Shown here one piece after another: positions 1-12,510 of a stretch of 64,000 bases of DNA. Under the pieces are notes generated by a model. That model was not told where the DNA came from. It ran no database searches and saw only the letters and a list, made by a program, of their open reading frames with translations. The DNA is taken from the NCBI RefSeq assembly GCF_024256425.1, contig NC_071115.1, positions 12,526,746-12,590,745 on the forward strand, in the 5' to 3' direction. The first letter of the stretch is position 1. Each line of letters starts with the position of its first letter. The stretch comes from Clarias gariepinus (taxonomy: Eukaryota). The position numbers and the translations under genes are program-made.

Positions 1-2994
1 GTGCTGTTTCAGACTGTAAACTCTGTCTCACTGAAGCTTTTCTGAAACTAGGATTATTCACCATCACCAGCATTACTGGACAGCCATTTTCTATCATCGT
101 GCTCTGGGATTGATTAATTGAAACCAATGAGGCCGACTCATTTTCCCTGCATCCCCACACGCACACATATAATATACCAGATATTTTTTACATTTACTTA
201 TACACTGAAAATATTGTATATAATTGTAAATATTGGTACCTGGTGCACTGCAGTGTCTATTTTTTGTACAATACACGTAAGCCACTTACATGATTTGTTT
301 GCATCTATGAATGTTCGATCTGCAGTCCGTCAGCATCTGCGAATATTTAAAACATCTATAATAGCTATAGCAATAGCTAATTACTGTGAAAAAGAATAGT
401 CTAAAAAAGATCCCTACACTTTGTTAACCTTACTCAAAGGTTTTGCCTTAATGTACCAGATTTTTTCAAGATGAAAAGAAAAAAAGCATCTCATTCAGCC
501 ATCCCTGAAAGAAAGGAGGAAGCGATGACTTCCACTATCCCAAAATTATCCTCTTAGCCACCATCATTCCGAACATGAGAAAAGACTGCACTAAGTGAGG
601 TAATTCATTGGTGCATCAAAGTAACCAAGCAAAGCAAGTTTACAGTTTGGAGCAATCTCTGTTTCTTAAACATTTGAATACCAGTTAAATATATCTTGCC
701 AGAAGCCAATTACTGTACCTGGACACACAACCAAAAAGAATGAGTAAGAGTACACTCTTGGCACTGTAAGAACACTTAATTTTATTAAACTTAGTTCTTA
801 AAAAATAGGGCAGTCTGTGTATTGGTGAACTGAGACTGAGCATTAAGAGCATGAATGAGTCCTGTGCAAACTCTTATCCCTATTATATATCGGAAATCAC
901 GCTGCCAATATCTATCTTTCTCCCATGAAGCTTTTATATGATCAGAAGAAACCATAACGTTTTGAGTAAATAACAAAACAAATTGAGTAACCAAATGTCT
1001 CAAATAAGTAGGTAATAAAATGCATGATTACTGTACACAGAACTTCATTAAAAAAACTCTAACAAAATGCTGAATCTGAAGATGACAGATAATTGACATT
1101 TGCATCAATAATCAAATCAAAAGATGCAATGTGTCAATCAATGTATAAATCTCTGACTCTTACTGAATTCTGAACAACATGTCATTTGAGCATGTCAGGA
1201 AGAGGAAGTAAGACTAACTCTAGGACAGCAAGACAGCAAGGAGCAAGCTATTTAGACAAAAACTCGATTTTACGCACACTTGTGGGTGCTTTCCATTACT
1301 TCTCCATTATTTATGGCCTACCAATACATCACAGATTTAGAATTGGCTGCCGAGTAATAATGTTGGAACTCTGGTAGGGCAGTAGAGTTTTTTGGCAATC
1401 CAAAGCGTCTTGCATCACAAGATAAAAAGCCTATTTACACTATCCAAAGATTTAAAAAATGAAAACAGAAGACAAACTTGCAAATTCTAAAAGAGATAAA
1501 AAGAAACAAATAATTTTAATTGCATTAACATGATCTGTAAAAGAAAGGGGCAAGTTTCTCTATATTTTAATAGAGGTTTTAAGATTATTTAAAGTTTCAG
1601 TAAATTTAACTTGACTACTAGACTGAGATCTTTAAAAATAAATAGCCCAAGTTAAGTAAAGTGCATCGGTTATTTTAAACGGAAAAGAGACTGAAGAAAA
1701 TGCCTAGAAAAATAGTTTGAAGGGTCAAAAAGAAAACTTATTATAGTTGATTGCATACTTAGTAAAAGAACCAAAATCTCTGAATAAATCAATGAGAATT
1801 GGAAGAAGTGAACACGAACCATCATCATAAACCATCTGCTTAAAAAGGCAACTTTTTGCAACCAATGGTGACACCTTTTATGTTGGGGTAATTACGAAGA
1901 ACATTGAAATGGGGCTAGAATGCAAGATCAAAGTGACGTAAAGGCAGCCCTGTTTGATGCCCTGGTACAAATGAAAGGGTTGTGATTTTTGAGAGGTTGT
2001 GATGATAACAGAGCTTGCAGATTTATATAATATCTATGTGGAAAAACAAAAAATTTGGCCATAGCCAAATCGCTCTAAAACTAAATGCATGTATCCCTAT
2101 TCAATCTGGTCAAATGTCAAGGGTTACACCTTTTCAGCATCAAGGGAGATAAACGTTTTAAAAATACAACAAACATGCATTATGGCTGCCTATTTGTCTA
2201 CTAAGACATGTGGCCAACACCTTGGCCACAATCTTTTGATCACAATTGAGGAGGTTGAGGGGGTGATATGATGAAGGGTCTGTATCTTCCTTACCTTTTT
2301 TCAATATGAGTCATATGTGACTCAAATCGCTCGCAAAATGTTCAGATTAACCCAAGGACCTACTGGAAGATTTAGCTAAAGAGTATTGTTGCAACATTGT
2401 GCAGCATTGCACAAACATCTTCTGAATGTTCATCCAAACATGATCTGTATGGATCATCTTGGAGTGAGAAGAAAGAAACCTTTTCAGTGACCTCATTACA
2501 AAAGTAAACATCTGAAGCATGCAAAACATTATCTAGATAAACCAGAGGAAATTTCGAAACTCATTTCTGTGGACTGATGTAGTAAAAATGAAACTATTTG
2601 GCCACAGCAACGATATAACTTAGTATAACTGTAAAGCCATGTCAGATGAGAAGCTCATGACCACTTATTAAAGCATTTCTACACATCTTTTTCCTTTAAG
2701 GAGATTTCCATAAACATTCCTTTTTAGTGAGGTAAACCAGTGGTGCAGTGCTGAAAATTTATCCCCAGACTCCTTGTAGCTGGTTCAGCAACCGAAAAAA
2801 ACAACCCACCGTATGTTATAAACAGTGACAGTGAGGGCATGGGTGCTGGGCTCGGCTCACCTGAGCTGCTGCTGTTAGGAAAGTTTGCTTCATCTTCCTT
2901 GTTTTTTTTTATCTTAGATTTTTTTCACGAGGGGATGTATATTGCAATAGACTGCCAGGCATGATATAGGAAAAATGTGCAGATATACCTGCAG

Positions 2995-3135
2995 ACATGC
3001 AGATTAGGTTAATTGGCATTCCCAAGTGCCCGTAGGAGTGAGTGAGTGCATGTGTGTGTGTGTGCCCTGCGATGGATTGGCACCTTGTCCAGGGTGTACC
3101 TCACCTCATGACGCATAATGCTCGCACCCTAATCA
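2995..3135 (+). mobile_element. SINE 3'-half fragment
   Basis: cagattaggttaattggcattcccaa...gtgtgccctgcgatggattggcaccttgtccagggtgtacctcacctc. Confidence 0.65.
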
Positions 3136-3631
3136 ATCATCACTCCTAACTAAACCAAAAAACAAACACGGGAAAGTAAACCGGCGTGAGTCCAGCACAT
3201 GACGGTGTATCGGGTTGGCTAGGGGCTTGGACATCTGTCTAGTGCCCCAGTACGACGGAAAAAGCTGTGATTTGTTAGAAAAACAAAAACCAAATCCCTC
3301 CAAAACTAAATGCACATTTTATTACTATTCGATCAGGTCAAATATCTTTATGGCAGCAAGAGAGATGAAGGCTAAAGTAATATCTTTGATTCACCTGGGA
3401 AACATTACAGTGGTACTTCGACATATAACCCCCACACCTTGAGAACTTTTGCCTTAACAACTAAACTTTTGGAAAAAAAAGGAAAGAAAAACCTGAGCCA
3501 GTCACGTGTAATTCCAGTTGAGCATACTTCCTTTTTGTGGTTTTTTTTTTTGGATTTTGTGCAAGATTTAGGCAAGGCAGACTAGACAAGCCAAGCTTGT
3601 GTTTAAATAACAATAACTAAAGTGATAATAC

Positions 3632-3635
<4 letters not shown>

Positions 3636-3680
<45 letters not shown>
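3636..3680. repeat. (TA)22 microsatellite
   Basis: tatatatata... Confidence 0.95.
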
Positions 3681-3681
<1 letters not shown>

Positions 3682-4169
3682 CTACAGCATTGTGGACGTT
3701 CCACAACATTAAATGTACTTGTAATCCATTCCAGAGTGGACATTTCTTGTCCACTTCAACAGTCGTGTTTTTTTTTTTTTGCCTTTAAGGACGTTCTGTA
3801 GTTGTACTTCAGACTAACAAACCGTTTTAGAATGTTCTCGTACAATTCCGCATTGCGCAACATCCCTGTGTGTCGCTGCACTTAATCGAGGAAAACGCAC
3901 ATGAATCTTTTAACGGGGAACTTTTGCTTTAAAAAGTCGTGTTCTCTTGACGCTCGCGGCGACGTCATGTGACACAAACAAGCGCTTTAATTGGTTCGCC
4001 GAGTTCTGATTCGGTGAGTCCGCTGGGATCTCGGCCAGATCTGATGCTCTTCCCGCTCGCGCGCGCACATACACACGATGATGCAGTGTTTAATGCGACC
4101 GTTACTGAGTTGCTCTAACTCTCGGTACGGGGCACGTGAGCGCCGCGACGCTGTTTCTGTTGCGTTTAC

Positions 4170-4347
4170 CTGGCGCTGGAGTGAGAAGTTCTCGGAGCTG
4201 CTGTTTGAGCGTTTCGTTTTCGATGCGTGTCTGCGCGGTCTCTGTGCGGTACTCCGTTATTGTGGCTTCCACCGCCTCCAGGATCTCCCGAACAGCCACA
4301 GCCAGCCGCTCCATCAAATACGAGTTTAAAATCTCTAAATTTGACAT
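4170..4347 (-). CDS. First coding exon of an unidentified gene with a FiNZ-like helical N-terminal domain (as on fish C2H2-ZNF proteins)
   Basis: ATG at 4347. Reads MSNLEILNSYLMERLAVAVREILEAVEATITEYRTETAQTRIENETLKQQLRELLTPAP(G), then a consensus donor CCAG|GTAAAC (GT at 4169-4168). It is embedded in a CpG island (3840-4450) with an ETS ACTTCCGG motif upstream. No downstream exons were found in the window. Confidence 0.4.
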
Positions 4348-4469
4348 TTTGGAAGTAGTTTAAGGGTGAAGGCTACACCAGGGCCGCAGAAGCAGTGTGT
4401 ACCCCTGTGTCAGGGAGAAGCTTCACTCACAGAATCACTTCCGGCTGTCAGCAGAATTGATTTGTGGCG

Positions 4470-5462
4470 TAGAGTGTAATTACTAATGCACAAACACCAG
4501 GGGGCGCCATAGGGGGCTGAGCTGATAACAGACACTGACCAGCCATAATATTATGGCCCCGCCCCCTTTGTCACTATAATATTGATGCACTGTGTTCTGA
4601 CACCTTTGTATCACCACCAGCATTAACCTTTCCATCAATTTGATATATACTAGCTCTTATATTGGATCAGAGTACACCAGCCAGCCTGTGCTCCCCATAA
4701 ACATCATTGGGCCTTGGCCAATCGTGACCCTTTCGCCAGTTCGCTGGTTTTCCTTCTTTTAATTACTTTTGTATGTCCTGAACACCCAAGAGATGCAGTT
4801 GTGGAGGTGCTCTGACCCAGTCCTCTAGCCATCACAATTTAGCTCTTGTCAAAGTCACTTAAAACCTAGCCCATTTCTCTTGCTTATTGCTTTCTGCTAA
4901 ATTTATTAGAGAATTATTGTATTATTATATTGTGCTTGCTGCCTAATATATCACACTGACTTCCAGCCACCATTGTAACAAGATATTGAAAATGTAGCAA
5001 GGCCCACATTGTAATGGCTAAGTTGCTCTGACCCAGCTGTCTAGCTATTACAACATGGCTCTTCCTGAAGTTGTTTGATGTGTTGAAAGCAAAAAAATAA
5101 ATAAAATGGGCAAGCATAAGGATTTGAGTGACTTTGACATGGGCCAAATTGTGATAGTTAGAGACCTGGGAAATTGCAGCTATTGTGGGATGTTCCTGGT
5201 CTGCAGTGGTCAGCACATACCAAAAGTAACTGTTCAACTGTTGAACTGGTGACAAGGTCATAGGTGGCCAAAGTTTACTGATGCACATAGGAATCGAAGG
5301 CTGGCCCATGTAGTCCAATCCAATAGAAGAGCTAGTGGAGATTAAATTGATGAAAAGGTTAATTGAAAAGGTTAATGCTGTTGTAAAAAAAAAATAGGGG
5401 GACCTAGTCAATATTAGTTAAGTGGTCATAATGTTATGACTGATTGGTGTATGTACAGTGGA
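4470..5462. mobile_element. Composite of fragmented Tc1/mariner-like transposon pieces (ITR-like segments plus a transposase N-terminal fragment 5103-5400 on plus)
   Basis: Plus-frame translation gives MGKHKDLSDFDMGQIVIVRDLG..., a typical Tc1-like transposase N-terminus. It is disrupted by stops. Two copies of gctctgacccag(t/c)c(g/c)tctagc(c/t)at(c/t)acaa ITR-like sequence are present. The terminal cactgtacatacaccaatcagtcataacattatgacc sits at 5425-5462. Confidence 0.6.
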
Positions 5463-8400
5463 CCCTCGGTAAATTAATTTAATTGGTTCTGGAGGTGAGT
5501 TCTTAAGGCGAAAGTTCATACTGTGAATTGGATTTCCCCATAAGAAATAGTGTAAATGCAGATAATCTGTTCCAGCCACCCATAAATATGACCAATTTCT
5601 AACACTATAATCATATTTTTGCATATAAAACAATTAAACCATTTAGAAAAGATATGAAATGAAGTAAAATATGAAATGGACTTTAAACCTTACTTACCCT
5701 TAATTTCCTGATTCCTCTTGAAATCAACTGCTTTTTAATGAAAATTTCCATCTTAATTTCCATTAAAAAGGCCCCTTTACTTCTTGCTACCGTCCTTACT
5801 ACCTCTTTTGGGACCCATGGAGCTACGTCTTCATTAGTCTTGTACAAAATGCCCCCCAGCCCCCCCACACTCCCCCCCTAAAAGGAAAAAAAACAAAAAA
5901 ATGTAAAGTTTATAAATTTGCTTTGCTTGGCTTTTCACTGGTGCAAACGAGTTTTGAATGACTTGTGGATGTATGTGCAACTTAGCCAGCATTCCATTCG
6001 TTTGTTCGTTCATAATCTGATCCAAAATTGTTGCAAAATTTTAATTCATACAAGTCACTTAGTCTATGCTTACCGATGTCAGGAAAGAAAAAGACTACCT
6101 TTTTTACAGTCATGCACATCTGTTGCTCTCAAGAACATAAATAATTTTAACATGACCTGGTGAAATCTGGGAGAACAAAAAGTTGAAGTTGTGTTGATGT
6201 CCATTTGGAGACAAGCCCAAGGGAGGGCGGGAGAGAGCAACATAGAAAGAGAAAGTGAGAAAGAAAATGTGGGAGAGTTAACATTTTAATATTAAAACCA
6301 AAATAAGTAGAAAAGCATAGGGGAGTTAAAACATTTTATATTATAAAACAGAAGCAAAACATTCTTCCAGGATGGAAGCGATCCTGTGCATGAAGTAATG
6401 TTCATGCAGACATGACTAGTCAAAGTTGCATCAGAGTGGTGCACAGCCCTGACCTCAATCTCACTGATCACCTTAAGGATGAACTGGAATGCTGAGTTGT
6501 ACCAGGTCTCCTCACTTCACATCAATGCCTGATCTCACTTTCTCTAGTGGGCTCTTGCTGGTTCTAAGTGAGCCCAAACAGATCAGGATGACAATTACAA
6601 CATCACGTCTAATCAGTCTGGTTTTGTTTTAGCGGGCTTGGGGAGAATAAGACAGATAAACTTTCAGAGATAAATTGAGGGTTTGGACTGTGAGAGCAGT
6701 TGTCTTATAGCTATTACTGCTGTTCACTTTCACCCAGTCTTCAGTTCCTGTTACTGTCAAACTAGAGGCCTGTAGCTTGCCAAACACTAGGGAAGGGATG
6801 CAACCTCGCCCACTTATATCAAATTCATCGATTGGGTAATTTTATTAAAATGTATAATTAAATCCCCCTAGGTTAATTTATTTGTACTCTCAGACAGCTT
6901 GTTTATCTTCTCTATCCCTCTGTGACATTTTCTAATCAGTGACCTTTTCTGTCTGCTCTCACTCTCTCCATTGTGTAATGGTGAGCATGTCCACAGGAAA
7001 AACTAGTTGTTACAGAACTGCAATGAATGTGCAGGCAGTAACAGGCAGTTAAAGGGAGTTGTTAATCATTATACATGTAATAATTGTAGGGACTAACAGG
7101 CCACCTCAAAGGGAGCCGTGAATCTGTCACCTTCCAGCGAAACCATGCTGACAACGCTATGTTTCTCAATGGTACGAAGCAACTGGAAGTGTGATCCGGT
7201 CAAAGCAGGAAACCTAGATGGCTTTTACCAAGCTTGACCTCAAACAGTACAAATCAGCAAGTGGTTGTACAAGGAAGAGACAGTTTTACAACATTAGCAA
7301 ACTAGGAAAGAAGCAGTTTTACTGCTTTCTTGTGCAACTCCCTTGCACAAGACAGAAGCAGTTACACATCCCCACTCAAACTGCTCTGGGTTACGTAAAT
7401 TGGCAAGCACCTCACTTGAATAAGGAAGAAGACAGTTTCCTAACCCTCCTGGCAGTTGCTGACCACCAGAACGCATTTCCTGCTTCATCTCTTGGCTCAA
7501 GAACCAAGAACATACCTACTTTAGGGACACTTATAATGCCAATCAGTTAAAGTATGCCAGTAGGGCAAATATAAAATTATATGCATGTATTTATATAGGA
7601 TGTTTGGTATCATTGGGTTGTGTTCAACATGTCTATCCTAAACTTAGGAAGTGTAATCAACATGTATAACCCCTCTCTATAGATGACGGTATCAATAAGT
7701 ATACAAGATATGGGATGCTTGGTATTTAATGAAAGCTTGGTTTATTCAAAGAGCATTGATGTGTATTAAAGTTATATGAACCAGACTCGTGGTAATACAC
7801 TCTTAGTTACGAAAACTCCAACGAGATGTCCTCTCACGTGACAGACCAAATGCTAGATTAATGTATGCACGAAAAGTAGTAACCATGCGGGGCTTGGCTC
7901 TACGCACACAATCATCTCTGATTGAACACCTGTGGAACGGACCTGCTCCGTGGGGTCAAAAACCCCACGTCTGAAATCCTACATCGTCTGAAGTAAGGAA
8001 GCAAGCCCGTCCTGCTTCGGCCCCTGCGGCCGCTCCGCCGCCCTTGTGGGCATTCTATTTGGGACTTTGTATTTTCGCCCTTTGCATCAATGTATATAAA
8101 ATTATATGTATCAATAAGCAACCGGGGCATGCGCTCTTCAAGAACTCTCAACAAGACCTTGTGCCAGAACTCTAAAGTCCTGCAACGAAGAAAACCTTAG
8201 AAGAATTTCCAGAGCTCCACCATTGGTAACCAGGCAACCAACCCCTCACCAAAGGGCTTCCCCGAAAGACGTCATCTCAATAACAACGCACCAACAAATC
8301 AGCAATGGTGTGATTCCCTTCGCTGGAGGAGAACCAACGGATGAGAACGAAACGTATCTCGAGTAAACAAACAAAGCTTTATAAACCGTGAGATTAAACC

Positions 8401-10158
8401 CAAGGCTCTGCTCTTATGACTTCCTCAGGTCTAGTAAACAGTACTAGAAGAACTTCAGTAACTTTCCCCCTCTAAACTGTTTGTGTGTGTGTGTGTGTTT
8501 AGGTAGTGTAGTTTTTATTTATTGTAGATTGGTCAAATAAAATCTGAACTGTTGTCTTGGTCATGTATTTTGAAGTCTAAACATAAACCGAATTGGTAAG
8601 ATACACTACATCGTGTTAAACGCTGAATGGATAGATGATGAAGTGTATTCTATAAATTTTTATGTAGTTTAATAAAGTCAACCCGATTCCCTAAAGATTC
8701 GATTCAGAGCTGAAACCCTTCATAATATAGTTAATGATATATTCATATAGATAGCTAAAACTAATATTATTGACCAATTGTACAGAACAGTCTGTTAAAG
8801 TTACACAATGTAGGATGATTTAAAATATACAGGTATATCTATATAAATAAAAGAAATTTATTTAAAAAGAGGTTTATTTAAAAGGTTTTATCTGGTACAT
8901 TGGTCAGAAAAGTAATGTTATGAACAGTTATGCGCTGGATTTAAATAGGGAGTGTATTTGGCTGACAGTAGGTTGACAGTGTCAACAAGGCGTAACATAC
9001 TCTTACAAAATTTTAGTTCTTTTTATTAATAAGTTGGGCAGAGAGTTGTGCTGTACAGAAAGACAGGCAGATGTATGTGGGCTTAAATAACCTAAAATAA
9101 TATCACTGAATACATTTAAGCTGATCAACTTATTTTTACCTTTTCTCTTATTTCTTCTTCTATCACCACTTAATCTTCATTCCCGATTGTCCATAGGTCA
9201 GTGATCTTAAGTATATATTCATATCACTCTTTTTGCAGTACACTATTGAGTAAAAAAATAATTTTTATGTATGTGTGTACTTCATCCTTCATGCCTCTAT
9301 CATGCATTTTCACTTCCTTCGTTTCAAACTACTGCGTCACCCTCCAGCTATCACCATTTACAGCATCTGAGCCCAGTCCTGTCCCATTTGTCTCCTTCTT
9401 AGAGCCACACTGGCAGAAATGTTTAATTATTCATGTTGTTTTAAAATTCAAGTGAGTTTTTTTTTTTTTTTTTTTTTTACTAACTCCCGTCAGTAACGTC
9501 AGGGTACACTCCCCTTTGCACATCCTCGTTTTATTAGTCCCTCACTCTTTTCTGCTCCTTACCAACTGTTGCCCTGGCAACTGAAACATCCTGGAAGTGC
9601 ATGATGAAGTGGGAGTAGACAAAGAAGTAAGTGGGGGAGAGAGACAGAGCTACAGTACTTAATGAGTGGACAAGCTGAGAGATTAGATATATTTTTATTG
9701 TATACACTTTCTGTTATGTTTTTTGTTATTTTTTTTAATTGGGAAAAGAATCAAATGGAAAAAATGTGATCTTGATCATGTTAAATAGGCGCTTGTAGTA
9801 CACAGCATGACTTACTAGTAACAAGATAAATTTAGGCTATCATTATCTTAAAAGATGTGGGCAAATCATTGTATTCCCTGACCTATTGGACATCTGAAAT
9901 GTCAATCCCATATTTTGTTCGTTCATAAACCTACTTAGCTAGATTTAAACAATTAGCATCTAATGTTTAAGGTATACATACAAGCTTGAAAACCTCTCTG
10001 CAAAAGAATGACAGAAGTAAAAAACCCTTTAATATAATACAATTTATTTAGTATTTCCTATTATATTTAATTAAGTTTATAATAAACTCATCACAAAACC
10101 CTTGAACTTCAAGTGAAAACAGTGACGGAAGCGAAGCCCACTGCAATCGTTCCTGTGA

Positions 10159-10162
<4 letters not shown>

Positions 10163-10197
<35 letters not shown>

Positions 10198-10198
10198 T
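10163..10198. repeat. (ATT)12 microsatellite
   Basis: attattattatt... Confidence 0.95.
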
Positions 10199-10894
10199 TC
10201 AGTGTTAATGTTACTAAAAAGCATTTTACTGCAGGTGGCACCATTTGTAAGTGTTTGTCTGACCAATTAAATTAGAATTTTTATATTTCTAGACAATGCC
10301 ATTCATTTCAAGCTTTAAAAGTCTTGTTTTTGTTGTTAGATAATTTTGTAATTTTAGGAATTTAATCTTAGGAACATTATCGGCCAATAGAACAAAAACG
10401 TTTACAGCTTGATATTAGTAAAAACAAATGACTAGAAATAGGTTAAGTACTCTAATACTAACATTTGGTTTACTGTAATGTCATAACAGAAAATACTAAA
10501 TAAGTTTGACTATATTCAACATTTTCTTTCCAACGAACTAAGATGTTATTTTGTGCAGTGTAAGTGTGTATGAAACCCCTGGGAGCAAAAGCTTTAGTTA
10601 TTATAGATACAATCTTTCTCCTGTCTTGATAATCTCTCTGGTGGTAAAGCCCTTGACCAGACTTTGGCTAAAATTTTTCTATAAGTATGATTGGTGTTCT
10701 TTTGTAGCACATAAAGACATTACTGGAGTCTGGCAACAATCTTCATTTTACCTTGACAAATGTCAAGTGTCAAAATGAGGTGTGTGTGTGTGTGTGTGTG
10801 TGTGTGGCTCCTGGCTCTGGCTCCACCTCAAAGAGTCACCATTTCAGAAAGGCATGCATCAAGAAAAGAATGAACTGGTCAGAACGATGATCAT

Positions 10895-11050
10895 TCAACC
10901 ACTTCTTGCTTAAGAAGTTAAGGCTCAGTGTTACTGATCATAAGGTTGACGGGTTGAGCCCCAGCATCATCAATCTACCAATTATGAGTAAGGCCCTTAT
11001 CCATCTCTCCTCTAGGGATGCTGTATCCTGGCTGACCCTGTGACTTCCTA
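10895..11050 (+). mobile_element. Short tRNA-derived SINE of another family
   Basis: gttaaggctcagtgttactgatcataaggttgacgggttgagccccagcatcatcaatctaccaattatgagtaaggcccttatccatctctcctc. Confidence 0.5.
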
Positions 11051-11249
11051 ACTGGTCCTGCAGTCCCATTTATCATGTACATTTTAGTGGTTTCCCTGCT
11101 CTCTCACAGGGAAAATCATTAATTAGCTGATAAGTAACATAAAGTGTGCTTCACCCATTCATCCATGAAGTTCTGTAGTCCAACTAGGAACTGTGGAGTC
11201 CAATGGTGACCGTTGCTTTTATTCCCATTTGTTCCACTGTGGTAGGAAC

Positions 11250-11660
11250 AAATTTTTAAACACCAATTAGCCTAATCTACATGTTTTTGGACTGTGAGAG
11301 GAAACCCACCAAGCACAGGGAGAACATGCAAACCCCATGCACACAGACCCAACATGGGAATTGACCCAAGGCCCTGGAGGTACAAGGTGACAGTGCTAAC
11401 CACTAAGCCACCGTGCCACTCAAGGTGTGCTGGGAGAACAATGTGCTGGGTAGGGGTACGTTTTCGAAGTTTTCATTGGGAATGCCAATTAGCCTAATCT
11501 GCATGTCTTTGGAAAGAAACCCACCAAACACAGGGGAGAACATGCAAACTTCATGTGCACTGAATCAAGTATGTCCAGGAATCGAACCTGAAGGTGCAAG
11601 GCGACAGTGCAAACCACTAATCCACTGTGCCACCCGAGGTGTGTTGGGAGATAAAAAAAC
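11250..11660 (-). mobile_element. Two tandem 5'-half SINE copies, same family
   Basis: Two direct repeats of gcctaatctacatgt(c)tttgga..gaaacccaccaa(g/a)cacaggg(a)gaacatgcaaac..., each ending in a tRNA-like head (reverse complement). Confidence 0.65.
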
Positions 11661-12187
11661 ACAAAAATGTGCTGGGCAGGGATACATTTTCCAATTAATT
11701 TTGGATAATACTTTAAAAAATGATGATGATCTTCTCCAAAGTGAAACCTTCTGGATAGTAATTTAAAAGCTACAGCATTCCCTGGTCTGAATGACGACAC
11801 TGATGTCTCCTTTTTCTATTAGATATCTTGTTTGACGCAAGTAAATCCTGCTGCTTTTTTGAGATGCATATCACTTTTAGGTGAGACTGCATACTCAGCA
11901 GGGAATGATAAAGTGGGTCATGTTGACATTATATTTATGGACATATTTTGGATTGATATCCCTCTGTAAGCGTTTTGAGTCCTTTTGAGTTTTTTGTGAA
12001 TTAGGGTTTATGGCGATCAGTTTGTAACAATTTGAGATATCATACTATTTTCATTATAGTGATTGCTTGTCATGCTGAAATTATTATACCCTCTTGGAAA
12101 TTCTTACATTGAATTTTTTTTTAAATGGGTACCTGTTTTGTCTTTTTTTTCTTTCTTTTCAATTTCTCTATTAGTTTATTTTGTCCT

Positions 12188-12510
12188 GACAGCCGGGATG
12201 GTGGTTAAGTGGCTAGCACTGTTGCCTTGCACCTCCAGGGTCTGAGTTCAATTTGCGCCCAGGTTCGATCCCTGCCTCTGTGTGTTTGAAGTTTGCATGT
12301 TCTCCCTGTGCTTGATTGGTTTCCTCTCACAGTCCAAAAACATACAGATTAGGCTAATTGGTGTTCCCAAATTACCCGTTGTGTGTGTGTCCTGCGATGA
12401 ATTGGCAGCCTGTTCAGGGTGTACCCTGCCTTGTGCCTTAAGTTTCCTGGGATAGACTCCAGGGCCCCCCGCAACCCTAGATACAGGATGAAGTAGTCGA
12501 GATGATGAGG
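12188..12510 (+). mobile_element. Full-length tRNA-derived SINE (family with core CCTGCGATGGATTGGCACCCTGTCCAGGGTGTACC)
   Basis: tRNA-like head gggatggtggttaagtggctagcactgttgccttgcacctccagggtct..ggttcgatccctgcc. Conserved body ...tttgcatgttctccctgtgcttg..tcctgcgatgaattggcagcctgttcagggtgtaccctgcc...gataaag-like tail. Confidence 0.75.

Noticed and set aside
4914-5411. 165-aa minus-strand ORF, the longest in the track
   Set aside because: It is low-complexity, lies antisense across Tc1 fragments and has no recognisable domain. The real coding signal here is the plus-strand transposase remnant.
12195-12270. tRNA-like cloverleaf-capable sequences here and at 32350-32420, 42783-42860, 60355-60430 and 63690-63765
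   Set aside because: Each is the 5' head of a SINE and continues into the conserved SINE body. None has a clean anticodon arm or a CCA end, so they are not independent tRNA genes.
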